Source: Bdellovibrionota bacterium (lineage in GTDB: Bacteria > Bdellovibrionota_C > UBA2361 > JBGSMV01). Taken from it: a stretch of DNA of 18,072 nt. The stretch lies in contig JBIKWF010000094.1 of NCBI GenBank assembly GCA_044356455.1, forward strand, positions 1-18,072, written 5' to 3'. Positions 7,717-16,153 of the stretch are shown here, piece after piece; within the stretch, counting starts at the first letter, position 1; each line of letters opens with the position of its first letter. The translations under genes were made by a program, and so were the position numbers. The notes under the pieces were generated by a model that had not been told where the DNA came from, did no database searches, and saw nothing but the letters and a program-made list of their open reading frames with translations.

Positions 7717-10056
7717 ATGATGATGCACCTCTCTCTTCGCCAACGACTCGTTGCCCTGAGTTTCGGGGTGAGCATGTGCACGCTTTTTGTAGCTTGCGTA
7801 GCCTTTTTTTGGCGTGCAGTCAGCGAATCTCGAGAGCAAGAGGTTAGTAGGCTTCTCTCAGCAACTAGAGTGACGGCCCAAACGGCGTCCGCAGCACTGG
7901 CTTTCTCGGATGTTGACGCTGCCAAAGAACTCTTGGGAGCTTTTAAGGCCTTACCAACACTTCAGTATGCCGGCCTGTATTCATCCTCGGGTAAAATTCT
8001 TGCCGAGTACCTGCGCGATGAAAGGTCGAACCGCGCGCGCGTAGAGGGGCCTGAAGCAGACCTGTCTGCCCAGGGGGCTGAGGAGGTCGTCCGAGTCCAT
8101 CCCGACCATATTCACATTCGAAATCCGGTCACCCAAGCGGGAGAGCCAATCGGTATATTGGTCGTTGAGGCCGACACCAAAAGAATGTTGATTCTTGTTC
8201 AGGAAACAGGCCAGACGGCAGGGCTCGTATTTGTCATGGGCAGCCTCATTGCGTATTTCCTTGGGGCTCTTCTTTCTGCTCGTTTGGCTCGCCCGATCAA
8301 AGAATTGGCTTCTTCCATGGAGGATATCTCCCGCTCTAAGGACTACTCAAAGCGCTTAGTTCCCCTTCAGCAAGATGAGATTGGCCAGCTTTTTGTCCAA
8401 TTTAATGGCATGGTCGAGCAAATTGAACGACGCGATGCCGCGCTACTTGAGAACCAGCAGACTCTCGAGGACCGCGTTGCCGCGCGCACCGAAGATCTTG
8501 TGCGCGAACGCCAGCAGCTTTTGGGTATTATCGAGAATGCTCCGGTAGCCATAGCAATGTTTGACAATGAGTTTAGATATGTCGCCCATAGTCAAAAGTG
8601 GCTTCAAGATTATGGCCTGACTGGGAAGCTCATTGGGCGCAGCCATTATGAGGTCTTTCCTGACATTCCTGATCGCTGGCGCGAGATTCATCGACGAGCA
8701 CTTGCGGGAGAGCGGGCGCAAGCATCCGAGGATGTATTTGAACGCGCGGATGGGGGCAAGATATTCATGCGCTGGGCATTGCAGCCCTGGTTCCAGGCCG
8801 ATGGGGTGCAGGGCGGCGTGCTCATGGTAACTGACCGAATCGACGACCTGGTCGCTGCCCGTGAAGCCGCGCTTCAAACGGCAAAAATTAGGTCAGAATT
8901 TCTCACCAACATGAGCCATGAGCTTCGAACTCCGCTTAATGGTATTTTAGGGTTTACTGAACTCCTGATTGACGAGTCGGGCCTCAGTGCTTCCTCTCGA
9001 GAGCATGTAGAAGCTATTTTTGGCTCAGGAAAGATTCTGCTGGCCCTCATCAACGACATTCTTGATTTCTCAAAACTTGAGCAGAAGAAACTTGGATTGG
9101 AGGTTACCACCTTTCGTTTGGGTGAAGTGTTGCACGCAGCGGCCAGGATCTTTACGGGGCAGGCTGAGCGTAAGTCGCTTACCCTTGAAGTCGCAGATTC
9201 TTTCTCTGAGATGAGCGTGCGCGGGGATTCCCTGCGGTTGCAGCAAGTGCTGATTAACTTGATTGGCAATGCCATAAAGTTTACAAGCCATGGCTCAATT
9301 CAAATATCGATTAAATCTCTCGTCTCCTGTGACCGGGAGCTAGAGGCTACGTTTTCAGTAAAGGATACCGGTCTTGGGATTCCTCTAGATAAGCAGGAGA
9401 GTATCTTTGAAGCCTTCGCCCAAGCCGATGGTTCGACAACTCGCAAATATGGTGGGACCGGCTTAGGACTTGCTATCTGTGTTCAGCTTGTAAGGCTTAT
9501 GGGGGGGAGGATTTGGGTGAAGAGCTCGCCTGGCAGTGGCTCGGAGTTTCTCTTTACCGTTAAACTCTTGGAGTCTGAGCATTCTCTGATGCTCGGAGCT
9601 GGTAAGCCGGGAATTGCCAAAGATTTCAGCCAAGAGCCTCTCGCTGCCCAGGATGCGAATGTGCGACAGCGCCCTCGCATTCTTGTGGCTGAAGATAACG
9701 TGATGAACCAAAGACTAGTATCCGCCATTCTTGAGCGAGCAGGATATCAGGTTAAGGTGGTCGAAAATGGAAGCCTTGCCGTAGAGGCCGCCAAGGGCAG
9801 TGAATTTGCTGCCATCTTAATGGACCTGCAAATGCCTGTAATGAATGGTTTGGAAGCGATTGAGCTTATCCGTAAGCAGGAGGTCTGGGGGTCAAGCCGT
9901 GTTCCGATTTTGGCGCTTACCGCTCATGCCTTTGCTGAACATCGCGAGCAGTGTTTGAGCGTCGGGGTGGACGATTATCTTACGAAACCTATTAACCGAG
10001 AATTGCTTCTTACGACTCTTAAGCGGTTCATAGATGCCAGTCAGAATCCACATTAA
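7717..10056 (+). CDS. Hybrid sensor histidine kinase/response regulator (TM-periplasmic CHASE8-like sensor-TM-HAMP-PAS-HisKA-HATPase-REC)
   Basis: Two TM segments flank TASAALAFSDVDAAKELL. HAMP (RPIKELA...DEIGQLFVQFNGM), PAS (IIENAPVAIAMFD), H-box FLTNMSHELRTPLNGILG, N-box QVLINLIGNAIKFT, G-boxes DTGLGI and GGTGLGL, REC ILVAEDN...LMDLQMPVMNG...KP. Confidence 0.95.
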   Translation: MMMHLSLRQRLVALSFGVSMCTLFVACVAFFWRAVSESREQEVSRLLSATRVTAQTASAALAFSDVDAAKELLGAFKALPTLQYAGLYSSSGKILAEYLRDERSNRARVEGPEADLSAQGAEEVVRVHPDHIHIRNPVTQAGEPIGILVVEADTKRMLILVQETGQTAGLVFVMGSLIAYFLGALLSARLARPIKELASSMEDISRSKDYSKRLVPLQQDEIGQLFVQFNGMVEQIERRDAALLENQQTLEDRVAARTEDLVRERQQLLGIIENAPVAIAMFDNEFRYVAHSQKWLQDYGLTGKLIGRSHYEVFPDIPDRWREIHRRALAGERAQASEDVFERADGGKIFMRWALQPWFQADGVQGGVLMVTDRIDDLVAAREAALQTAKIRSEFLTNMSHELRTPLNGILGFTELLIDESGLSASSREHVEAIFGSGKILLALINDILDFSKLEQKKLGLEVTTFRLGEVLHAAARIFTGQAERKSLTLEVADSFSEMSVRGDSLRLQQVLINLIGNAIKFTSHGSIQISIKSLVSCDRELEATFSVKDTGLGIPLDKQESIFEAFAQADGSTTRKYGGTGLGLAICVQLVRLMGGRIWVKSSPGSGSEFLFTVKLLESEHSLMLGAGKPGIAKDFSQEPLAAQDANVRQRPRILVAEDNVMNQRLVSAILERAGYQVKVVENGSLAVEAAKGSEFAAILMDLQMPVMNGLEAIELIRKQEVWGSSRVPILALTAHAFAEHREQCLSVGVDDYLTKPINRELLLTTLKRFIDASQNPH

Positions 10057-10135
10057 TCAGAGCGCTTTATTTCCCCTCCCCTTGGCCGAGCACTTAAGCC
10101 ATAGTAACAGCCAATTGGTCGCATCGTGACTGTCC

Positions 10136-10678
10136 ATGAGAAATCTTCTGCATAGGCTCGGTCTTTTCCTTCTCCTCGCGCTCTCTCCTAGCGCGCTTTC
10201 CACTCGAGACGCGTATTCTCAATCAGTGTCCGAGGACGATGTGAAGGCCGCCATGGTGTTTAACTTTCTTAGGTTCTCTACGCTCCCCAATCCGTCCGAT
10301 AAGATTCTGCTCTGTGTGCTATCAAATTACCCTGGGATTAACCAAATACGGGCGCTCGATGGCAAATCTCTGGGAAGTAGTCCGATTCGCATCGAAATCG
10401 TGGATGAATCCGCGGTGCTAACCCGGGCGCAGTGTCAGGTGGCGGTTTACGGCGAGCTCTCGCCGAAGGCAGCGGGAGCTTTACAGTCGCTCACGAGAAG
10501 TGGAGTTCTCACGATTGGTCAAGATACTGGTTTTTTGGAGCGTGGGGGAGTGATTCGATTTTTCAGTGAGAGCAATCGCGTTCGGTTCGAAATCGATAAC
10601 GAGTCGGCGCGTAGCGCTGGTATTACCATAAGTTCTAAGGTTCTTGCGCTGGCTCGTATCAAGGGTTCTTCAGATTGA
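10136..10678 (+). CDS. yfiR: YfiR/HmsC-like (DUF4154) periplasmic protein
   Basis: Signal peptide, EDDVKAAMVFNFLRF, two Cys (LLCVL, AQCQV) and the C-terminal signature GGVIRFFSESNRVRFEID...ARSAGITISSKVLALA. Confidence 0.9.
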   Translation: MRNLLHRLGLFLLLALSPSALSTRDAYSQSVSEDDVKAAMVFNFLRFSTLPNPSDKILLCVLSNYPGINQIRALDGKSLGSSPIRIEIVDESAVLTRAQCQVAVYGELSPKAAGALQSLTRSGVLTIGQDTGFLERGGVIRFFSESNRVRFEIDNESARSAGITISSKVLALARIKGSSD

Positions 10679-10688
10679 TAGGGCGGAT

Positions 10689-12710
10689 ATGAACTTAACA
10701 TTAGTTTCACGGATCGTTCTCGTAGGGCTTTCTGCCTGGCTTTCGACTGGACTGGTCGAAACAGTAATAGCGCAAGCGCCAAAAGCCGCGGACCTTGCGG
10801 AGATGGACCTTGAGAGTCTTATGGACCTTGAGGTGACCTCAGTCTCGCGGCAAAAGGAGTCCGTGCGTGAGGCGGCGGCCGCAATTTACGTCATCACGAA
10901 AGAGGAGATTGCTCGTTCACCAGCAACCTCAATTCCAGAGCTCCTCAGGCAAGTACCAGGTCTTCAGGTGAGCCAGATTGATGGCAATTCTTGGGCGATT
11001 ACCGCTCGTGGATTCAATAGTTCATTCGCCAATAAGCTTCTTGTCATGATTGATGGGCGTTCAGTGTATACCCCTATTTTTTCGGGAGTATTCTGGGATT
11101 CGAAGGACATGTTGCTTGAGGATATTGAACGCATAGAGGTAATTCGAGGCCCGGGCGCCGTAATGTGGGGCGCCAATGCCGTGAACGGAATAATCAATAT
11201 TATTACGAAGTCTGCTCAGGATACCGAAGGGGGACTCGTCACGGCGCTCGGTGGAAATCAGCAGCGCGGGACTTTCGGGGCAAGGTACGGCGCTGCCCTT
11301 GGAGAAAATGGCGCGATTCGGCTCTACGGAAAATACCGAAATATTGATGGGAATAAAATTGTTGCTGATGACTCGCAGGACAATGATGGCCTCGAAGATG
11401 CGCGCGGCGGGTTCCGTTATGATTACGTCGATGAGACTGATCGTGTGCTTGTCTCGGGGGAGTTGATGCGAGGTGCGCCGCAAACGACCACGACTCTCTT
11501 TACGGTGATGCCGCCTTCCTCCGTTTCGGCGTCTCGCCGGGCGGATTATGCGGGACAGAATCTGCTCGCCAAGTGGACACGTAGCTTGGAGGGAGGAGAC
11601 TCCTTTTCGACGCAGATTTTTTATGATCGGGAAGACCGAGACGATCTCGTAGCTAAGACCGATGTTTCTATTATTGATTATGAACTCAACTATCAGTTCT
11701 CGATGGGCGAAAGCCACCACTTTATTACGGGTCTTAATTATCGTTGGATGAGTGACGACCTTGAGGGCACTGATTCGGCCCGCTTTGATCCCAAGCGCCG
11801 TGAGCTTAGCCGTGCTTCGATTTTTCTTCAGGATGAGATAGAGCTGCTCTCGGAAGAGTTGTTCTTTACGCTTGGAGGAAAAATAGAGTACCACGATCTG
11901 TCGGGGCTCGAGCCCCAGCCCAATGTCAAGTTGAGTTGGCGACTTGATCCCAAACATACGCTTTGGCTTTCTTCCGCCTATGCTGCTCGGCTTCCTTCGC
12001 GCTCTGAAAATGATGCCTTCGCAGTTCAGTCGATTGTCTTGGCGCCAGAGGCGACTACCATCGTTGGTGCTGACGGCGACTCTTCTACAGACTCCGAGCA
12101 TGTGCTCTCTTTTGAGCTTGGGTACCGAGGTACGCTTACGGATAGGTTTACTTTGGACCTTGCTAGTTACTACAGTCATTACCATGACGTCTCGGTCGTT
12201 CGCCTTGGTGATCCGTCTGTGATTGGACTCGACGGAGCTAAGCCAATCGTGTTTGTTCCCTTGGCTTTTGAGAATGGAGGCGAAGCCACTGCCTATGGGC
12301 TTGAAGTCGCCACTACACTCACGCTTTCCAAGCAGCTAAGCGCGCAGCTTGGAGCGAATTTGCTAGACATCGATTACGATTATAAGGGTGGCTTAGAGGG
12401 CGCGGGAGGTGGAGTGTAGGGATCGGATCCTCGCCACCAGGCTCATCTGCGGTTCACCTATCAGCCACTCGAAACGGTGGATGTGGTGCTGCAGTCACGC
12501 TACGTGGATTCTCTGCCTGCGTTCAATATAGACTCATATATAGAGGGCGATTGCAGACTTGCCTATCGGCCTCTTCCCTCGGTTGAGATTTCCTTGAGCG
12601 GAGTTAACCTCTTTAACGCTGCCCACCGCGAGTACGTGGCTCAAGCAATCTTTAGTCCCGAGGCGACTATTGAGAGAAGCTATTGGGCGGGGATTCGTGT
12701 GCACTTCTAG
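10689..12710 (+). pseudogene. TonB-dependent outer-membrane receptor interrupted by one in-frame TAG at 12417-12419 (nonsense mutation, sequence error or readthrough)
   Basis: ATG 10689, signal peptide, plug motifs (VTSVSRQ, AAIYVIT, LRQVPGL, LLVMIDGR, IERIEVIRGPGAVMWGANAVNGIINIITK). After the TAG the same frame continues 96 codons (GSDPRHQ...GVNLFN...GIRVHF*) and ends in the outer-membrane C-terminal Phe. Confidence 0.88.
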
Positions 12711-12762
12711 TGAGGTGAGTTGCAGATTCTCGTAAGATTTGTAAGGGAATTTTAACGCGAAG

Positions 12763-12825
12763 CCGCCTACGCCTTACGGCTGCCGCGCGCCTGGCTTCAG
12801 TGCGGCCGCGGCGCAGCTTTGGCGG
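12763..12825 (+). repeat. Family C GC-rich element
   Basis: ccgcctacgccttacggctgccgcgcg...ggccgcggcgcagc (12763-12817), closed by ggcgg (12821-12825) that pairs with the initial ccgcc. Flanked by direct copies of acgcgaag. Confidence 0.65.
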
Positions 12826-12852
12826 AGCCGGGGACGCGAAGGGGAAGAAGAG

Positions 12853-12872
12853 GTTTTTCAGAGGCTCCTTAG
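12853..12872 (+). repeat. Family B motif
   Basis: gtttttcagaggctccttag. Confidence 0.75.
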
Positions 12873-13019
12873 GTAGATGGGGCTCAAAGGAACGAGCTAC
12901 CGACCTTATAGTCTTCATCAATAGTCGTTGGTACCGTCAATCCTTGGACCTACCACTGGAGAAATCCTCAAAGTTGTTTGATACTTCCCCTGACCTATCG
13001 AGAGGGGGAGAGTTCAGCT

Positions 13020-13493
13020 ATGGATGAGACCACGCGCTCGGTTATTGAGAAAATAAGAGTACTGTGTGAGCCGCCTATGACCCTTCCGGGAGGTGGTCGT
13101 TGCCGGGTATTCTATGACTGTGCCCGTCTCTCCACGAATGATTATTCCCGCCTTGCTGCGGAAGCGGTAGGGGACATTGATGAACACAGTTTCGATGGGG
13201 TAGTCGCTCTTGCCTACAGCGGAATCCTTTTTGGCGCTGAAGTAGCGGGCGGTAAGCCGGTATCAATTCTGCAGGTCGATGGAGGACTTTGGGGCCCTGA
13301 AGTTAAGGGGCACTCGGTAATCCTGGTCGACGACGTGGTTTACACGGGTGCTCGCATGCGCGGCGCGGCAGAGCGTTTGAAAATGCTTGGCGCATCCGTT
13401 AGGGGCTTCGCGTGTATTATTGATAGGTCAGAGGGAAAGGTTGGAACCACAGAGTTGCCCCTCTGGAGCGCCTATCAAACTGCCATGGAATAG
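13020..13493 (+). CDS. Type I phosphoribosyltransferase, PyrE-like but atypical
   Basis: GGGGGAG upstream of ATG 13020. PRPP-binding motif VILVDDVVYTG; ALAYSGILFG and FACIIDRSEG resemble orotate PRTase segments. 157 aa. Confidence 0.75.
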   Translation: MDETTRSVIEKIRVLCEPPMTLPGGGRCRVFYDCARLSTNDYSRLAAEAVGDIDEHSFDGVVALAYSGILFGAEVAGGKPVSILQVDGGLWGPEVKGHSVILVDDVVYTGARMRGAAERLKMLGASVRGFACIIDRSEGKVGTTELPLWSAYQTAME

Positions 13494-13511
13494 ATAGAAA
13501 GTTTTCCCTTT

Positions 13512-13596
13512 TCCTTCGTGGTCTTTGTGGTCTTAGTGGTGCAAACGGGAAATCGTAACAGCTTGAATGCAGGCGCTCACCACGAAGACCACAAAG
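13512..13596. repeat. Family A palindromic repeat
   Basis: Left arm tccttcgtggtctttgtggtcttagtggtg (13512-13541). Right arm caccacgaagaccacaaag (13578-13596) is the reverse complement of 13523-13541 with 1 mismatch in 19. Confidence 0.85.
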
Positions 13597-13608
13597 TTGA
13601 GATGTGGG

Positions 13609-13628
13609 GTTTTTCAGAGCCTCCTTAG
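13609..13628 (+). repeat. Family B motif
   Basis: gtttttcagagcctccttag. Confidence 0.75.
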
Positions 13629-13648
13629 CTTATCATGGAGTCTTGCGA

Positions 13649-14206
13649 GTGCAGATTAGTAATCCCTGGAAAACGCTTTCAAGCAGGACCGCGTATGAGA
13701 ATCCATGGATTCGAGTACGTGAAGATCAAGTCATTCGGCCGGACGGAACACCTGGAATCTATGGCGTCGTTGAAACTCGAATAGCAACGGGAGTGGTGGC
13801 TCTGACCTCCTCCCTTGAGGTGTATCTTGTTGGTCAATATCGCTACGCCATGAAAGAATACTCTTGGGAAATTGTGGAGGGAGGGAGCGAAGAGAATGAA
13901 GCTCCTCTTGATACCATTCGTCGAGAGCTCCAAGAGGAAGCAGGACTTGCCGCTGGCAGAATTCTGCAATTGGGCGCTGAGCTGCACTTAAGTAATTGTC
14001 ACAGCTCAGAAGTTGCCCTCGTATATCTTGGCACCGAGCTTTCGGAGGTGCCTTCCGCTCCCGAGGGAACGGAGGTATTGGAATTGCAGCGGGTACCTCT
14101 GGCGCAGGCGCTTGCAATGGTCCGCCGCGGGGAGATTAAGGATGTCATGTCGATAGTGGGCCTACACCGAGCAGAGCAGTATTTGCGTGAGAAGGGAGAC
14201 CTTTAA
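13649..14206 (+). CDS. Nudix hydrolase (ADP-ribose pyrophosphatase/NudF-like)
   Basis: GGAG at 13637-13640, GTG at 13649. YENPWIRVREDQV, LVGQYRY, full Nudix box GGSEENEAPLDTIRRELQEEAGL, GEIKD. Confidence 0.9.
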   Translation: MQISNPWKTLSSRTAYENPWIRVREDQVIRPDGTPGIYGVVETRIATGVVALTSSLEVYLVGQYRYAMKEYSWEIVEGGSEENEAPLDTIRRELQEEAGLAAGRILQLGAELHLSNCHSSEVALVYLGTELSEVPSAPEGTEVLELQRVPLAQALAMVRRGEIKDVMSIVGLHRAEQYLREKGDL

Positions 14207-14952
14207 TGAATGCTCCTGCAATGACGCCCCAACAACAGCGCCTCACCGATGAGCGGCAGTCCGCTTTTAGCCTTTACCGCGAGATTGCGGTCGGCGCGGA
14301 GTCATGGGGACATTTTGCGTGGTTTGAGCTCTGTACTCTTCTCGCGTCAAATGTTCCAGGTGCTCTTGGGCTTGGGCTACGCGCACTTCTCTTTCCGAGT
14401 CTCTTCGCACAGTGGAGGGGGGGAGCGGCCTTAGGGCGCGGATTAGTTATTCGAAATCCTCGCAAAATACGCGTGGGTAAAAAGGTGTTGGTAGATGATG
14501 GTGCGGTGCTCGACGCTCGCGGCGAGGGTGCTCAGCTCACACTTGGTGACTTCGTAAGTATTGGTAGATACAGCACTTTAGCGGCAAAGGGAGGGACTAT
14601 CTCTCTGGGCGCTGGAGTTAACGTGGGCTCCTACTGTCGGCTCGCGACCCAATCAAAAATTGAGATCGGGGAGAGCACCCTGATTGCTGCCTATGCTTAT
14701 ATTGGACCGGGTAATCATCAGCGAGGAGATGGAGATGTTCCCCTTATAGCCCGGGAGATGGATATCCGAGGAGGAGTTACCATTGGTGCTCAAGCTTGGA
14801 TTGGTACCCGCGCAACCATTCTCGATGGCGTTTCTATAGGAGAGGGCGCCATAGTGGGGGCACATTCATTGGTCGTAGAGGATGTTCCGGCGGGGGCGGT
14901 AGTGGCGGGTACGCCTGCGAGAATTATCAAGCATGCAGGAGCGCATGGATAA
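14206..14952 (+). CDS. Hexapeptide-repeat (left-handed beta-helix) acyltransferase
   Basis: Repeats IRVGKK, LTLGDF, ISLGAG, IEIGES, and VTIGAQAWIGTRATILDGVSIGEGAIVGAHSLV...VVAGTPARII. TAATG overlap with the Nudix stop. Confidence 0.92.
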   Translation: MNAPAMTPQQQRLTDERQSAFSLYREIAVGAESWGHFAWFELCTLLASNVPGALGLGLRALLFPSLFAQWRGGAALGRGLVIRNPRKIRVGKKVLVDDGAVLDARGEGAQLTLGDFVSIGRYSTLAAKGGTISLGAGVNVGSYCRLATQSKIEIGESTLIAAYAYIGPGNHQRGDGDVPLIAREMDIRGGVTIGAQAWIGTRATILDGVSIGEGAIVGAHSLVVEDVPAGAVVAGTPARIIKHAGAHG

Positions 14953-16153
14953 GCCTGGTAGCTCAAATGGCGACCCGAGCCGTTCGGGGCACGCGGCGGA
15001 TCAAATTTCTCAAGGCGCAACCGGTGCGATCGGTCGCGGCGCCGCGCCTGCGCAGGAGGAAGAACCGAAACTCAAGATTCAAGGAAAAGGACTCTTCGGA
15101 AGGGCTCGGCCGGACCCAACCCCTTCTTTTGGTCGTAGAAGTAGCACCTCGCGGTGGGCTGCAGGCATATTGATGTTGCTGGCAGTGGGTTCCTTCTTTC
15201 GTTGGTACTGGGAAGATGCGGGGAAAAAATTCCCCGTTCTTTCTCCTGGAAGTTATATCGGCTCTCTGCATGGAGTTCTTGGTGCGAGAGAAGCAGACGG
15301 GGTTTCCGAGGGTGAAAGCGAGGGCGGGGCGCCTGTTCCCCTTTATATTGAGCGAGCTCCGGAAACGGAGGACCTCTTTGTGGCAGTTCTCTCCCCCGGG
15401 TGGAAGCCTGAATTAGTTTCAACGGCGATCCATGCGGCAGGAAGTGCGGCTCCGCGTTGGGTTTTACCTCTGATTGTGTCTCAAGGCGCAAAGCGCATTC
15501 AGTTAACCGGACTTCCCCTTGGGCAGGATAGGTACGGGGGCGAGGTCGTTGACCTTTCTTCAGGGCTCGAAGGCACGTGGAGACTCGAGCCAATCCGAGC
15601 ATTGCCAGGAGATGTAGGGCAAGGGGCTCAAGAGGTGCGACTTTGGCTTATGTTGAAAGCTGAGCTTGAAGAAGTCGAGGCGCGCATAGGCGAGTTCGAG
15701 CGACGTGTTCCAGAGCAAAGGGTTGAAATCGAAAAACTTACAAGTCTCCTTACCGAAGGAGAAGAGCTTCGGTCTCGAGCGAACGAAAAGTTCGGCTCAG
15801 TAAAAGAAGAACGTGCCGTGGCTGATCGTGAGTTCAAGTCCGAGCAGCAGAAAGTTCAACGTCTTGAAGCCTCACTTGAAATTGCGCAGAAAGTTACCGG
15901 CATGGGGAAGCTTGTTTCTCTTTCTCGCGAATCTCTCGAGCGAGAGTGGCGCATTGTTGATTCGTTGCTTCGTTCCTCTGCGGGTTCCTCAGCTGAAGCT
16001 CTTAAGGCAGAATTCGAGAAGGCGACTACGGTCCTCGAACTTAAGCGCCAGGTAGAGGTCGAAGGGGCAGAAGTCGAGCGCTTGCGGGCGGCCCAAGAAA
16101 AGAGCTCCGATGCGCGGGCTCAGATGCGACCTTCTTCGCGGAGGAGATCATGA
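14945..16153 (+). CDS. Hypothetical single-TM protein with long C-terminal coiled coil
   Basis: ATG 14945 overlaps the upstream stop. Disordered N-terminus, TM (WAAGILMLLAVGSFFRWYW), a beta-rich middle region, then about 150 aa of E/K/R/L heptad-rich sequence. Confidence 0.75.
   Translation: MDKPGSSNGDPSRSGHAADQISQGATGAIGRGAAPAQEEEPKLKIQGKGLFGRARPDPTPSFGRRSSTSRWAAGILMLLAVGSFFRWYWEDAGKKFPVLSPGSYIGSLHGVLGAREADGVSEGESEGGAPVPLYIERAPETEDLFVAVLSPGWKPELVSTAIHAAGSAAPRWVLPLIVSQGAKRIQLTGLPLGQDRYGGEVVDLSSGLEGTWRLEPIRALPGDVGQGAQEVRLWLMLKAELEEVEARIGEFERRVPEQRVEIEKLTSLLTEGEELRSRANEKFGSVKEERAVADREFKSEQQKVQRLEASLEIAQKVTGMGKLVSLSRESLEREWRIVDSLLRSSAGSSAEALKAEFEKATTVLELKRQVEVEGAEVERLRAAQEKSSDARAQMRPSSRRRS

Noticed and set aside
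10083..10097. TGGC-N7-TTAA upstream of yfiR (similar sequence near 17379) as a sigma-54 promoter
   Set aside because: It lacks the conserved -12 GC, and two short matches could arise by chance.
11061..12185. 374-aa minus-strand ORF and other short antisense or overlapping ORFs
   Set aside because: They are shadows of well-supported + strand genes and show no recognisable motifs.
12417..12419. Genome-wide TAG reassignment (alternative genetic code)
   Set aside because: TAG ends several genes at their natural C-termini (4901, 7304, 12710, 13493, 17355, 18035) and no other gene shows an internal TAG.
12477..12710. 77-aa ORF as an independent gene
   Set aside because: It is in frame with the TonB receptor and encodes its final beta-strands.
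1772..13596. Family A repeats as a CRISPR array
   Set aside because: Copies are kilobases apart and inverted, with no regular repeat-spacer pattern and no cas genes.
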